Position numbers and translations under genes: made by a program. Shown here in pieces: positions 9,188-17,702 of a DNA stretch of 25,804 nucleotides. The notes beneath the pieces were generated by a model. The model searched no databases. It worked only from the letters and a program-made list of their open reading frames with translations, and had not been told where the DNA came from. The stretch's first letter is position 1; each line of letters opens with the position of its first letter. The stretch is from Elusimicrobiota bacterium (GTDB lineage: Bacteria; Elusimicrobiota; Elusimicrobia; UBA1565). Where the stretch lies: assembly GCA_043819795.1 (NCBI GenBank), contig JBDREN010000180.1, positions 1-25,804 on the forward strand, given 5' to 3'.

Positions 9188-12100
9188 ATGAGGAGACTGA
9201 AGCCCCCGCACCGCGAGCTCCTGATCCGGGGGGGAATCGTCCTGGGGGTGCTGGGCTTGGTGGGCTCCACGGTCCGGGACGCCGCGCGGACCCGCTCGTT
9301 CGACTATTTCAGGGAAAACATCGTCCCCATCCTGGAGACCACCTGCTCGGCCAAGGACGCCGAGGGCAACTACGTATGCCACGGCGGAGACAGGCCCGTC
9401 GCCGACGTCGAGAAGTCGGGCGGCGGGCAATTCACGCACGCGGACGTCAACATGCGCTCGTACACCTGCGAGGCCGCCTGCCACCGCGCGTCCGGGCGGA
9501 AGAAGTTCTCGTTCGCGCTCGACGCCGACGGGAAGATCTCCACCCACCGGCAGGTGATGCTCGCCTACCAGAAGGCGGCGATGCTGGCCGCCTACAGCAG
9601 AAAGTCCTTCGCCAAGCTGTTGCGGATGCCCTTGGGCGCGCTGGCCGGGGGATTCGGGCAGATGCATGTGGGGGGGGAGATCTACGAGAGCGTGAACGAT
9701 CCCGAGTACCGGCAGCTGGCCGAATGGGTCAGGCTGGAGAATCAGGCGATAAAGCCCATGGGCGGCGATGTCGGCGAGGCGCAGCGGTTCTTCGGGGAGA
9801 ACGTGTTGCCGGTATACGCCCGCAACGGATGCCTGAATCCCTCCTGCCACGTCTTCAACCATTCCAGCTTCATCCCGGACAGGGGCATGCCCACCGACGA
9901 CCTCACAATGGAGCTGGCCAAGCGGTTCTCCCCGGAGCAGGTCAGCTTCAACCGCATGACCTCCCTGGGCTTGATCCAGGGCACCGTGCACCTCACGGGA
10001 GACGTCGAGCAGAGCAGGGTCCTGAGGAAGAATATACCCATCGGGAATGGCGGCGTTCTTCACCGGGGCGGCAACGACCAGTTCTTCTCCGGGCCTGACG
10101 ACCCGGATTACAAGACTATCAAGAAGTGGCTCACCCTCGAGCGCGAGGAAGCCGTCTCGAAGCTCAAGATCGATGGGGAGCCGGTCGATCCCTCTCTGGT
10201 GGGCAAGGTCCGGGGCGTGGTCTTCGTGCGCACCAAGACCGGCAACCACCGGCGCTATCTGGACATCGGGAAATACCTGCCGGGCGGGGACCTCTACCTC
10301 CTGAAGCTGAAGGAGGGCGAGACGCTGGAGACGGCGACCGGCGAGCCGGTCAACTTGACGGCACGCTTCCATCCGAAGGGCGAGGCGGATGTCCGGGAGC
10401 CGGACGTGCGCTACGACGGCAGGGGCGTCGCGTTCTCCATGCGCATGGGAGAGCAGGACAACCTGAACGTCTACGAGATCCTCCTGGATGAGGACCTCGA
10501 CTACGTGGAAGGGAGCTTCAGGAGGCTCACCTACGCCCCCAAGCAGGTCAACGGGATGAAGGTGCATTTCACGGACCCGACTTACGTCCCCGACCCGACC
10601 GACGAACACGCCGCCGGCGGCGGGTACAACCTGGAGAAGGCCGACCTGGTCTTCGTCTCGAACCTGGCCGGGGGCGTGGTGCCGAGCGTTAAACGGGGGA
10701 CCGTGGGGGAGGCGGACGGCGGCACTGAGGACACCATCGTGGATTTCGACCGGCCCGAGGCCGACGGGACCTTCATCGGACGGCACGTCTACATCGTCGA
10801 CGGCGCGAACGAAGGGGACTGGAGGAAGATCGTCGGCTTCAAAAACGAGCTCTTTAATCACAAGGGGAAGTCCTCCCTCATGGTGGACCGGCCGTTTGCC
10901 GAGCCCATCGATGATTCCACCGTCTACGTGATCGAGGGCGACGCGGGGTCCCAGCCGGGGTTTCTCCCCTCGTATTCCGTGTACGGGATGAAGATCCCCG
11001 CCCCGGGCGAGGAGAAGCGAATCTACGACGCCACGATTTCGAGGATCACGCACGGCGTGGCGCAGGAGCTGGATCTGAGCGTGAGGACGACGGGCGAGGT
11101 CTTTTACGCGGGCCAGCGGGCCTTCCTCGACAAATACGGCCGTCCCATCTTTCACGTCGGGAGCTGCCGCAGGCATCTCGACACCCGCTTCAGCTTCCCG
11201 ACGCACCACGGCAACCGTTCCCAGGTGCTCGTCTATGCGGACAACAACGAGATGCCCACGGGCATCGACATCCATGTGGGCTTGGACCCCGATAACCTCT
11301 GGGAGGGGGGCAACCTCAGCGTCTCGGATCACCAGTTCGGTCCCGGATTGGAGGCCAGGAACCCGCACGACTACGCCACGGGCTATTTCGACGAGGCCGG
11401 CGTGCCGAGGGCGCGGCCCAAGATCACCAACGTCCGCTACGACTTCGAGAACGGGAAGCAGCCCTCCCACCCCCGCTTCGTATTCAAGAAGAACTCGCTC
11501 TTCCCCCTGCGCGGTCCGACGGCGGTCTCTCGGACGGGCTATTCCCCGGGCGGGATCTTCAGGGATTCCATACCCCTGCCCGATGGCGCTATCCTCGTGT
11601 CGCACTCGCCCGCGCCGATCGATCACCTGGACCCCAAGGCGGACCCGGATTTCGACCTCTACATCCTGCGCGGGGACCCCGGCCTCCAACCCCCGGGGGG
11701 CAAGGGCTTCCCCAAGATCGCGAAAGCCAGGCTCGGCGCGGCCAGCGCCGCGGGCATGAGCGACATCCAAGCCTATCCGATCTACGTCCGGATGAAGCCG
11801 AAGATCAACGCGGCCAATCGTCCCAAGGAGGAGCACCTGATCCGGTATCCGGGCACGCCGGATGACGACGACCGTCCGGCGAAATATCTGGAGAGGAACT
11901 TCCTCCTTATCGACGCCATCATGGACGACCCCTCTCCGGTCGGCAAGCACGCGGCCTTCGACACCGATCCGGTCACGGGAGAGACCGTCCGGGACATCGA
12001 TAAGGTCAGATACGTCAGGATGGTGGAGGTCCTGCCCACGCCTCCGGCTCTCGCCGCCCCGGTGGACCCGTCCAAGACCGCCAACGGCGATCCCACGAGC

Positions 12101-12886
12101 ACTTTGATCTGCAACGGGATCCACCTGAGGAAGCGGATCGTGGGGGAGGCACCCGTGGAGGAGGACGGGTCGATCTTCGTGAGGCTGCCGTCGAAGGTGC
12201 CGATGATCATCCAGACCCTGAACAAGGACAAGATGGCCTTGCGACAGGAGGCGAGGCATTACTTCTTCGCCCCCAACGAGACGTTCACGATCTCGCCGGC
12301 TCCCAGCGAGACCTTCCAGACCTGCGGGGCATGCATGGGAGCCATGTCGGGTAAGCCCGACAGGCTGTTTGGGCCCGTCAACCTGTTCTCGGGGCAGGGA
12401 AAGGTGAAGGCCATCGCCAAGGCCAAGGGCGATCCCCCGGCCTACGGCCTCAAGGTGGAGGACCGGGAGGGGATCGACTTCGTGCGCGATATCCAGCCGG
12501 TCCTCGACCGGCGCTGCGCGGCCTGCCACAACGGCAAGACCCCCCCTAAGGGGCTCCGCCTGACCTCGGGCAAGACCGCCTACTACAACGAGGCCTACGA
12601 GAGCCTCATGCAGCTCGAGGACCCGGAGAGCAGGTGGTACGGGCACAAGAAATACGTCAACGAGCGCGCCGCGCTTGCCATCGAGAGCTATCTGATCGAG
12701 AAGATCTTCGGGAAGGAGCTGCGGGCCCCGCGCAAGCTCACCGGCGACACCCCGCATCCCAGCGGGGGGCTGCTCGCCGGGAGCGGGTTCACGGGCGGTT
12801 CGTTGAGCGAAGAGGAGAGGATGATGCTCGTGCGCTGGATCGATCTGGGCGCGCCTTTCCTGGGAGCGGGAGGAGCCGGGAAATGA
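9188..12886 (+). CDS. Exported multiheme c-type cytochrome with TolB-like beta-propeller and hydrazine synthase alpha (HzsA)-like middle domain
   Basis: N-terminal hydrophobic segment; heme-type motifs CX10CH, CEAACH, CLNPSCH, CGACM and CAACH; propeller blade DVREPDVRYDGRGVAFSMR..NLNVYEI; GEAPVEEDGSIFVRLPSKVPMIIQTLNKDKMAL..APNE (HZS_alpha-like); C-terminal FVRDIQPVLDRRCAACH..LVRWIDLGAP cytochrome. Confidence 0.8.
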   Translation: MRRLKPPHRELLIRGGIVLGVLGLVGSTVRDAARTRSFDYFRENIVPILETTCSAKDAEGNYVCHGGDRPVADVEKSGGGQFTHADVNMRSYTCEAACHRASGRKKFSFALDADGKISTHRQVMLAYQKAAMLAAYSRKSFAKLLRMPLGALAGGFGQMHVGGEIYESVNDPEYRQLAEWVRLENQAIKPMGGDVGEAQRFFGENVLPVYARNGCLNPSCHVFNHSSFIPDRGMPTDDLTMELAKRFSPEQVSFNRMTSLGLIQGTVHLTGDVEQSRVLRKNIPIGNGGVLHRGGNDQFFSGPDDPDYKTIKKWLTLEREEAVSKLKIDGEPVDPSLVGKVRGVVFVRTKTGNHRRYLDIGKYLPGGDLYLLKLKEGETLETATGEPVNLTARFHPKGEADVREPDVRYDGRGVAFSMRMGEQDNLNVYEILLDEDLDYVEGSFRRLTYAPKQVNGMKVHFTDPTYVPDPTDEHAAGGGYNLEKADLVFVSNLAGGVVPSVKRGTVGEADGGTEDTIVDFDRPEADGTFIGRHVYIVDGANEGDWRKIVGFKNELFNHKGKSSLMVDRPFAEPIDDSTVYVIEGDAGSQPGFLPSYSVYGMKIPAPGEEKRIYDATISRITHGVAQELDLSVRTTGEVFYAGQRAFLDKYGRPIFHVGSCRRHLDTRFSFPTHHGNRSQVLVYADNNEMPTGIDIHVGLDPDNLWEGGNLSVSDHQFGPGLEARNPHDYATGYFDEAGVPRARPKITNVRYDFENGKQPSHPRFVFKKNSLFPLRGPTAVSRTGYSPGGIFRDSIPLPDGAILVSHSPAPIDHLDPKADPDFDLYILRGDPGLQPPGGKGFPKIAKARLGAASAAGMSDIQAYPIYVRMKPKINAANRPKEEHLIRYPGTPDDDDRPAKYLERNFLLIDAIMDDPSPVGKHAAFDTDPVTGETVRDIDKVRYVRMVEVLPTPPALAAPVDPSKTANGDPTSTLICNGIHLRKRIVGEAPVEEDGSIFVRLPSKVPMIIQTLNKDKMALRQEARHYFFAPNETFTISPAPSETFQTCGACMGAMSGKPDRLFGPVNLFSGQGKVKAIAKAKGDPPAYGLKVEDREGIDFVRDIQPVLDRRCAACHNGKTPPKGLRLTSGKTAYYNEAYESLMQLEDPESRWYGHKKYVNERAALAIESYLIEKIFGKELRAPRKLTGDTPHPSGGLLAGSGFTGGSLSEEERMMLVRWIDLGAPFLGAGGAGK

Positions 12887-15800
12887 CGGGCCAGAAGCGT
12901 TCCTTGGAGGTCCTTCTGGGGGGGATCATCGTCCTGGTCATCCTCTTCGCCCTCACGCGCTCCGGGACCCAGGCGTTCGTCCCAAATCCGGTCTCGGCTT
13001 TCGCGGAGTCCGGATACAGCAATCCGTCGAAATACGGGATTCTGACCAGCTCCCGATGGGCATACGGGGCCAAATACAAGAGAGAGGACCTCAAGCCGGT
13101 CGCGCCCAACAACCCCCACCCCGAGCCCCAGCCCCACCGGGACCACCCGTGGTACATGGCCATCTCCCCGGACGGGCGGAAGCTCTATGTCTCCCTGGCC
13201 GGCAACGAGGTCCATCCGGGCAGCGAGGTCGCGGTATTCGATACGGCCGCCAAGAAAGTCCTCAAGAGGATCGGAGTGGGCTCGAGCCCCATGCATCTTG
13301 CCTTCCATCCCGGCGGGCGTTTCCTGGTGGTCCTCAACCAGTTCTCCAACTACGCCTCCGTGGTCGACACGCGGACGGATACGGTGGTCTCCGAGATCCC
13401 CCTGGACTTCTACTGCCAGTACATCGTGTTCAACCGGGCTGGGACGCGTGCTTTCGTCAGCAACCGGTACCTGAATCAGGTGTTGGTGGTCGACGTCCGG
13501 GCGGCGGGGGACTCCTTCAAGGGCGGGATGCTGGAGCTGGGGGGCTACGACGACAGCTCCTTCACCGCGGAGGCCGACGGGAGGTCCGGGGTCTACGGGG
13601 CGCTGAACCATTCCTGCGGCGGGACGGAGTGCCACGCCGCCCCCAAGAGCGGCTTCTACGCCGGCAAGGACCGCCTCAAGACTTTCTTCTCGGCCATGAA
13701 CAACTCCGTGCCGGGAGACGCGGACGACAGCGTCCTGCTCCGGGCCGTGCGCTCGGTCAAGGAGGGCGGTTTCGCCGACGACCGCGCCGGCAACAACTTC
13801 CATGCCGAGGGAAGGGTGATCTGGAGCAAGGGCGATTCCGGCTACCGCGCGGTCGCCGGATGGATCGACTCGGCCGGGAGCGGCCCCGGCATCCCCGTGG
13901 GGAACTTTGGGTCCAAGCCGCGCACCCTGTATCTCGGATCGGACGAGAAATACCTCTTCGTGGGCAACCTCGGCACGCAGGACATCTCCATCATCGACGT
14001 GGAGAAGCTGGAGGAGGTCAGCGGCATCTACACCCAGAATCTCGTCACCGACCTGACCATGCATTACGATGAGAGGACGGGCCGGGACCTCCTGATCGCG
14101 CTCTCCATGGGCGTCGGCTTCGGCGCCGCCAAGGAGCGCGATCCCCTCGGCGGGGAGACCGAGGACCCGAACCATGCCGCCGCCCAGTTCACCGTGATCC
14201 GCGACACGGCCACGACCGAGCCCCTGCCCATCGAGAAGCAGAAGGTCCTCGGCCGGTTCGACGCCGTGGACGGCACGGCCGGTTTCAAGATGACGGACAT
14301 CCAGAACGACATCATCGTCGTGGACGCGGGCCGCCTGAATATCCCGCCCAAGCCGGACCGAGGGCGGCTGCGCTACGCGCTCATGGCCAACCGCTATGAG
14401 GCGCACTGGGATTGGGTGCGCTACACCTCGGACTCGGCCGAGATCCTGCCGCAGGACATCAGCGGCGACATCCCGCCCGAGCTCCAGAGGGTGGTGGGGT
14501 CCTTCCCGGAGGGAATCGCCGCGCAGGGGGACAGGCTTTACGTGGCGATGCTCGGCTCCTACGAACTCGTCGAGTACAAGATCGACCCGGCCCCGCGGGA
14601 GGCCTCGGACGTCTTGGAGCCCGTGGCGGTTTATAAGACCGGCATCATGCCCCGGTCCGTGGTCGTGGGTCCCGAGGGAACCTCCGCCGAAGGGAAGGTC
14701 TTCGTCAGCAACTTCCTCGGAGAGACCGTCACTGTCGTCGACCGCCGCACGGGCGAGACGGAGGAGCACGTGGTCGGCGATCTCGCGCGGCCGGTCCCGG
14801 ACACCAACGCGGAGAGAGGCGAGATGTTCGTGATGACGAACATCTTCTCCGCCGATGAGGACACCTCCTGCCAGTCGTGCCACATCTACGGCCTGAGCGA
14901 CGCCAGGGGCTGGGGCGCCGGCCAGGCCATCGCCCAGATGCGCGACGGGAAGTTCGTCAACGGCGGCCTTCTTGCCATCCCGCAGCTCAGGAACCTCTTC
15001 GCGACCCAGCCGTTCTACTTCGAGGGCACGCACACGGCCTTCGACGCGCAGTTCGACGACGCCAGGGAGCACGTCACCCTGCAGGCGTTTTTGGAGCCCA
15101 ATCCCCACGGGGACTTCACGGGCCTCTTCTCCCCGGTCCCGAAAAGCCGGCGAAAGAAGGAGCACGAGGAGATCCAGGACAAGATGTCCACGGCGTCCTG
15201 GGGGGACCTCTACGACGACCTGAGGGAGCGGCGCGACGAGCACACCCGCCGGCGCTCGATGGAGTACTTCGGCAAGGCTTTCAATTTCCGCGACTTCCAG
15301 AGGTTCATCGGCGAGTTCCAGGCCGCGGAGAACCGGCTCATGCCCAATCCCTTCGACCCGCGCAACCCGTCGGTGGCCAGAGGCAAGCTCCTGTTCAACG
15401 ACCTGGGCGTAGGATGCGTGATCTGCCATAAGCCGCCTGAGTTCACGGACAAGGCCGAGATCCTGTACCACAACAACGAGCGGGTGCTTCCCTCCATCAT
15501 CAGCTTCACGCGTAGGGAGAAGGCCTTCACCCTGGTCGGTCCGCACTGGATGGACAGCAGGAACGACCACGTGAGGGACCTGGAGTACTGGGAGACAGGG
15601 CGGGTCGAGCGCAAGGAAGGGAGCGTCACCACATTCCCGCTGAGGGGCCTCTTCGACCGGCCGAGCGCTTTTCTGCACCACGGACGCGCAATGTCCGTCC
15701 TGGAGACGTTCGCCGCGCCCAGTCATTACGCATTGAGACGTTATAAGTACCCGGCCTTGAGAGGGGGCGAGCTTGTCCGCGAGGAGCGCCGCGAGCGGGG

Positions 15801-15921
15801 CTTCAACGAGCTCAGCTTCCTCGAGGAGCGGACGTTCATGATGGACACGCATGGGGGGACCTCGCACCTGAACGTGGTTCAGGCCCGGGACCTGGAGCGC
15901 TTCCTCCTCTCTATCGAATAA
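12883..15921 (+). CDS. Exported YVTN beta-propeller fused to a di-heme cytochrome c peroxidase/MauG-like domain (HzsB-HzsC-like architecture)
   Basis: ATG 12883 overlaps the upstream stop (ATGA) after GGAGGAG; TM/signal; YVTN blades (PWYMAISPDGRKLYV, IGVGSSPMHLAF, VFVSNFLGETVTVVD); ERGE..FSAD..SCQSCH..PQLRNL..QPFYFEG and ARGKLLF..GCVICH..PLRGL..FLHHGRA; extra CGGTECH. Confidence 0.85.
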   Translation: MTGQKRSLEVLLGGIIVLVILFALTRSGTQAFVPNPVSAFAESGYSNPSKYGILTSSRWAYGAKYKREDLKPVAPNNPHPEPQPHRDHPWYMAISPDGRKLYVSLAGNEVHPGSEVAVFDTAAKKVLKRIGVGSSPMHLAFHPGGRFLVVLNQFSNYASVVDTRTDTVVSEIPLDFYCQYIVFNRAGTRAFVSNRYLNQVLVVDVRAAGDSFKGGMLELGGYDDSSFTAEADGRSGVYGALNHSCGGTECHAAPKSGFYAGKDRLKTFFSAMNNSVPGDADDSVLLRAVRSVKEGGFADDRAGNNFHAEGRVIWSKGDSGYRAVAGWIDSAGSGPGIPVGNFGSKPRTLYLGSDEKYLFVGNLGTQDISIIDVEKLEEVSGIYTQNLVTDLTMHYDERTGRDLLIALSMGVGFGAAKERDPLGGETEDPNHAAAQFTVIRDTATTEPLPIEKQKVLGRFDAVDGTAGFKMTDIQNDIIVVDAGRLNIPPKPDRGRLRYALMANRYEAHWDWVRYTSDSAEILPQDISGDIPPELQRVVGSFPEGIAAQGDRLYVAMLGSYELVEYKIDPAPREASDVLEPVAVYKTGIMPRSVVVGPEGTSAEGKVFVSNFLGETVTVVDRRTGETEEHVVGDLARPVPDTNAERGEMFVMTNIFSADEDTSCQSCHIYGLSDARGWGAGQAIAQMRDGKFVNGGLLAIPQLRNLFATQPFYFEGTHTAFDAQFDDAREHVTLQAFLEPNPHGDFTGLFSPVPKSRRKKEHEEIQDKMSTASWGDLYDDLRERRDEHTRRRSMEYFGKAFNFRDFQRFIGEFQAAENRLMPNPFDPRNPSVARGKLLFNDLGVGCVICHKPPEFTDKAEILYHNNERVLPSIISFTRREKAFTLVGPHWMDSRNDHVRDLEYWETGRVERKEGSVTTFPLRGLFDRPSAFLHHGRAMSVLETFAAPSHYALRRYKYPALRGGELVREERRERGFNELSFLEERTFMMDTHGGTSHLNVVQARDLERFLLSIE

Positions 15922-15922
15922 T

Positions 15923-16741
15923 ATGGGCAGAACGGTCTTGATCGTCTTTCTATTGAGCTTGCTGATAGGCCGCTCGTCCATCGGGAGTCCGGGCAAGACC
16001 GAGGCCCGGTACGGCTCCGACATGGTCCTGGTCTCCAGCGGCGTGTTCCGGATGGGCGACGAGCTGAAGCCGGTCCACGTGGACAGCTTCTACATCGACG
16101 CGTACGAGGTGACGAACGCGCAGTACAAGGCGTTCCTGGGCTGGGTGCGGGAGAACTCGGACGAGTCGGTGAGGAGCCCGGACCAGCCTCCCGGCAAGGA
16201 CCATACTCCGCGCTTCTGGAAGCCCTTCAGGCCGGCGCTCCTCAAGAAGACGGGGATGGCGAAGCTGCAGAGGTTCGACGAGGAGACGTTCCGTAAGGAC
16301 GATCACCCGGTGGTCGGGGTCGACTGGTACGACGCCTACGCCTTCGCGAAATGGGCGGGCAAGCGCCTCCCCACGGAGGCCGAGTGGGAGAAGGCCGCCC
16401 GGGGGACCGAGGGCAACGTCTGGCCTTGGGGCGGCACGTGGGATTTCAGTAAATGCAACAGCGGCGGGTACGAATGGAAGGGGGAGCGCGACGGGCACAT
16501 CTATCCGGGACCGGTCAACGGATACCCGGACGGCAGAAGCCCTTACGGCTGCTACAACATGGCCGGCAACGCCTGGGAGTGGGCCGCGGACTCTCCGGAG
16601 GGCGCAAACGGCCCGCGGATCATCAAGGGAGGAGGTTCGAACTCTTATCCGACCTCTGTTCGCGCCGCTTCCAGGAAGGAGTACGAGCCCGGCTTCAGGT
16701 ACTTCAATATCGGTTTCCGCTGCGCGAAGGACGCGGAGTGA
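15923..16741 (+). CDS. FGE-sulfatase (SUMF1/EgtB/PvdO) fold protein, exported
   Basis: Signal peptide; FYIDAYEVTNAQY, HPVVGVDWYDAYAFAKWAGKRLPTEAEWEKAARG, NMAGNAWEW and IGFRC motifs. Confidence 0.92.
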   Translation: MGRTVLIVFLLSLLIGRSSIGSPGKTEARYGSDMVLVSSGVFRMGDELKPVHVDSFYIDAYEVTNAQYKAFLGWVRENSDESVRSPDQPPGKDHTPRFWKPFRPALLKKTGMAKLQRFDEETFRKDDHPVVGVDWYDAYAFAKWAGKRLPTEAEWEKAARGTEGNVWPWGGTWDFSKCNSGGYEWKGERDGHIYPGPVNGYPDGRSPYGCYNMAGNAWEWAADSPEGANGPRIIKGGGSNSYPTSVRAASRKEYEPGFRYFNIGFRCAKDAE

Positions 16742-16746
16742 GGCGT

Positions 16747-17598
16747 ATGCGAGAGATGTCCGTCCTGCTGGCCTCCTGCCTCGCGGTCGCGATCCCATCC
16801 GGGGTCGAGGCCGCCGAGCGGATCGTCTCCAAGGACGGCAAGTATTTCAGCGCGGCCGACGGGATGGAGATGGTGCGCGTGCCGGCCGGCGAGTTCGTCA
16901 TGGGAAGCGACGCGGGCAACTACAACGAGAAGCCCGCGCATAAGGTCTTCCTCGACGATTACCTCATCGATATCCACGAGGTGACGAACTTCCAGTTCGA
17001 GCAGTTCGTGCAGGCCACCGGCTACTTCCCCCAGGGACCCTGGCGGCGCGGCTACGCCCCGGGCGAGGAGACCCATCCCGTTCGGTTCGTCACCTGGCAC
17101 GACGCCCGGGCGTACGCGAAATGGGCGGGCAAGCGGCTTCCCACCGAGGCCGAATGGGAGAAGGCCGCCCGCGGCGCCAAAGGCCTCGTCTATCCCTGGG
17201 GCAACGACTGGAAGCCGCCGCTTCGCGGTGGGGACGCGGCCGACGAGCCGGGACCGGTGGGCTCCTCCCCCGGGAGAGCCAGCCCTTACGGCGTCCTGGA
17301 CATGGGGGGAAGCGTCTGGGAGTGGGTCCAGGACTGGTATGACCGCTACTACTACCGGAGCTTCAAGGGCGGGGAGACGGCGAACAACCCCGCCGGACCC
17401 GAGGACGGCGCCGAGCCGGAGCGGCGCTTCCAGGAGAGCGGGACCGCCGGTGGCAACGAGAGAAGCACCCTGAAGGTCATCCGCGGCGGCGAAGGCAAAG
17501 GCCGGTTCAAGAAGGAAAATTCCAGGACCTCCAAGCGGATGTGGGGCAACCCCAGATACTGGCTCAACGACACCGGCTTCCGCTGCGCCGCCGACTAA
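16747..17598 (+). CDS. Second FGE-sulfatase (SUMF1/EgtB/PvdO) fold protein, exported
   Basis: Signal peptide; MVRVPAGEFVMGS, EVTN, HPVRFVTWHDA..RLPTEAEWEKAARG, DMGGSVWEWVQDWY and TGFRC motifs; start is 16738, 16747 or 16756, not the 16453 ORF start. Confidence 0.92.
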   Translation: MREMSVLLASCLAVAIPSGVEAAERIVSKDGKYFSAADGMEMVRVPAGEFVMGSDAGNYNEKPAHKVFLDDYLIDIHEVTNFQFEQFVQATGYFPQGPWRRGYAPGEETHPVRFVTWHDARAYAKWAGKRLPTEAEWEKAARGAKGLVYPWGNDWKPPLRGGDAADEPGPVGSSPGRASPYGVLDMGGSVWEWVQDWYDRYYYRSFKGGETANNPAGPEDGAEPERRFQESGTAGGNERSTLKVIRGGEGKGRFKKENSRTSKRMWGNPRYWLNDTGFRCAAD

Positions 17599-17603
17599 CC
17601 TCC

Positions 17604-17686
17604 GGTGTCAGGCTTCAACTTATGTAACTTTTGGAACTTATTCTCCAGACAACTCGCAAAAGTTGCATAAGTTGAAGCCTGACACC
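17604..17686. repeat. 83-bp AT-rich inverted repeat (REP doublet/MITE-like)
   Basis: 30-bp arms at 17604-17633 and 17657-17686 are 29/30 complementary (GGTGTCAGGCTTCAACTTATGYAACTTTTG), with a 23-nt loop. Confidence 0.85.
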
Positions 17687-17702
17687 ATTCTTAGGAGGGG
17701 CT

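Noticed and set aside
8402..12757. 1451-aa minus-strand ORF (likewise 12688-16023 and 3051-5570)
   Set aside because: Antisense shadows of well-supported plus-strand genes; expected from high-GC codon bias; no recognisable motifs
12634..12882. ORF-track N-terminal extension of the propeller-peroxidase protein (similarly 16453-16737 and 19740-19889)
   Set aside because: The extensions overlap upstream genes or promoters; better starts with an RBS and signal peptide lie downstream
9188..15921. Calling these genes bona fide anammox hzsA/hzsBC
   Set aside because: Only architecture and motif-level similarity is visible; there are extra domains, an altered heme motif and no other anammox genes, so no gene symbols are assigned
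15923..17598. True formylglycine-generating enzymes or EgtB
   Set aside because: No catalytic Cys pair, no DinB-like domain and no sulfatase nearby
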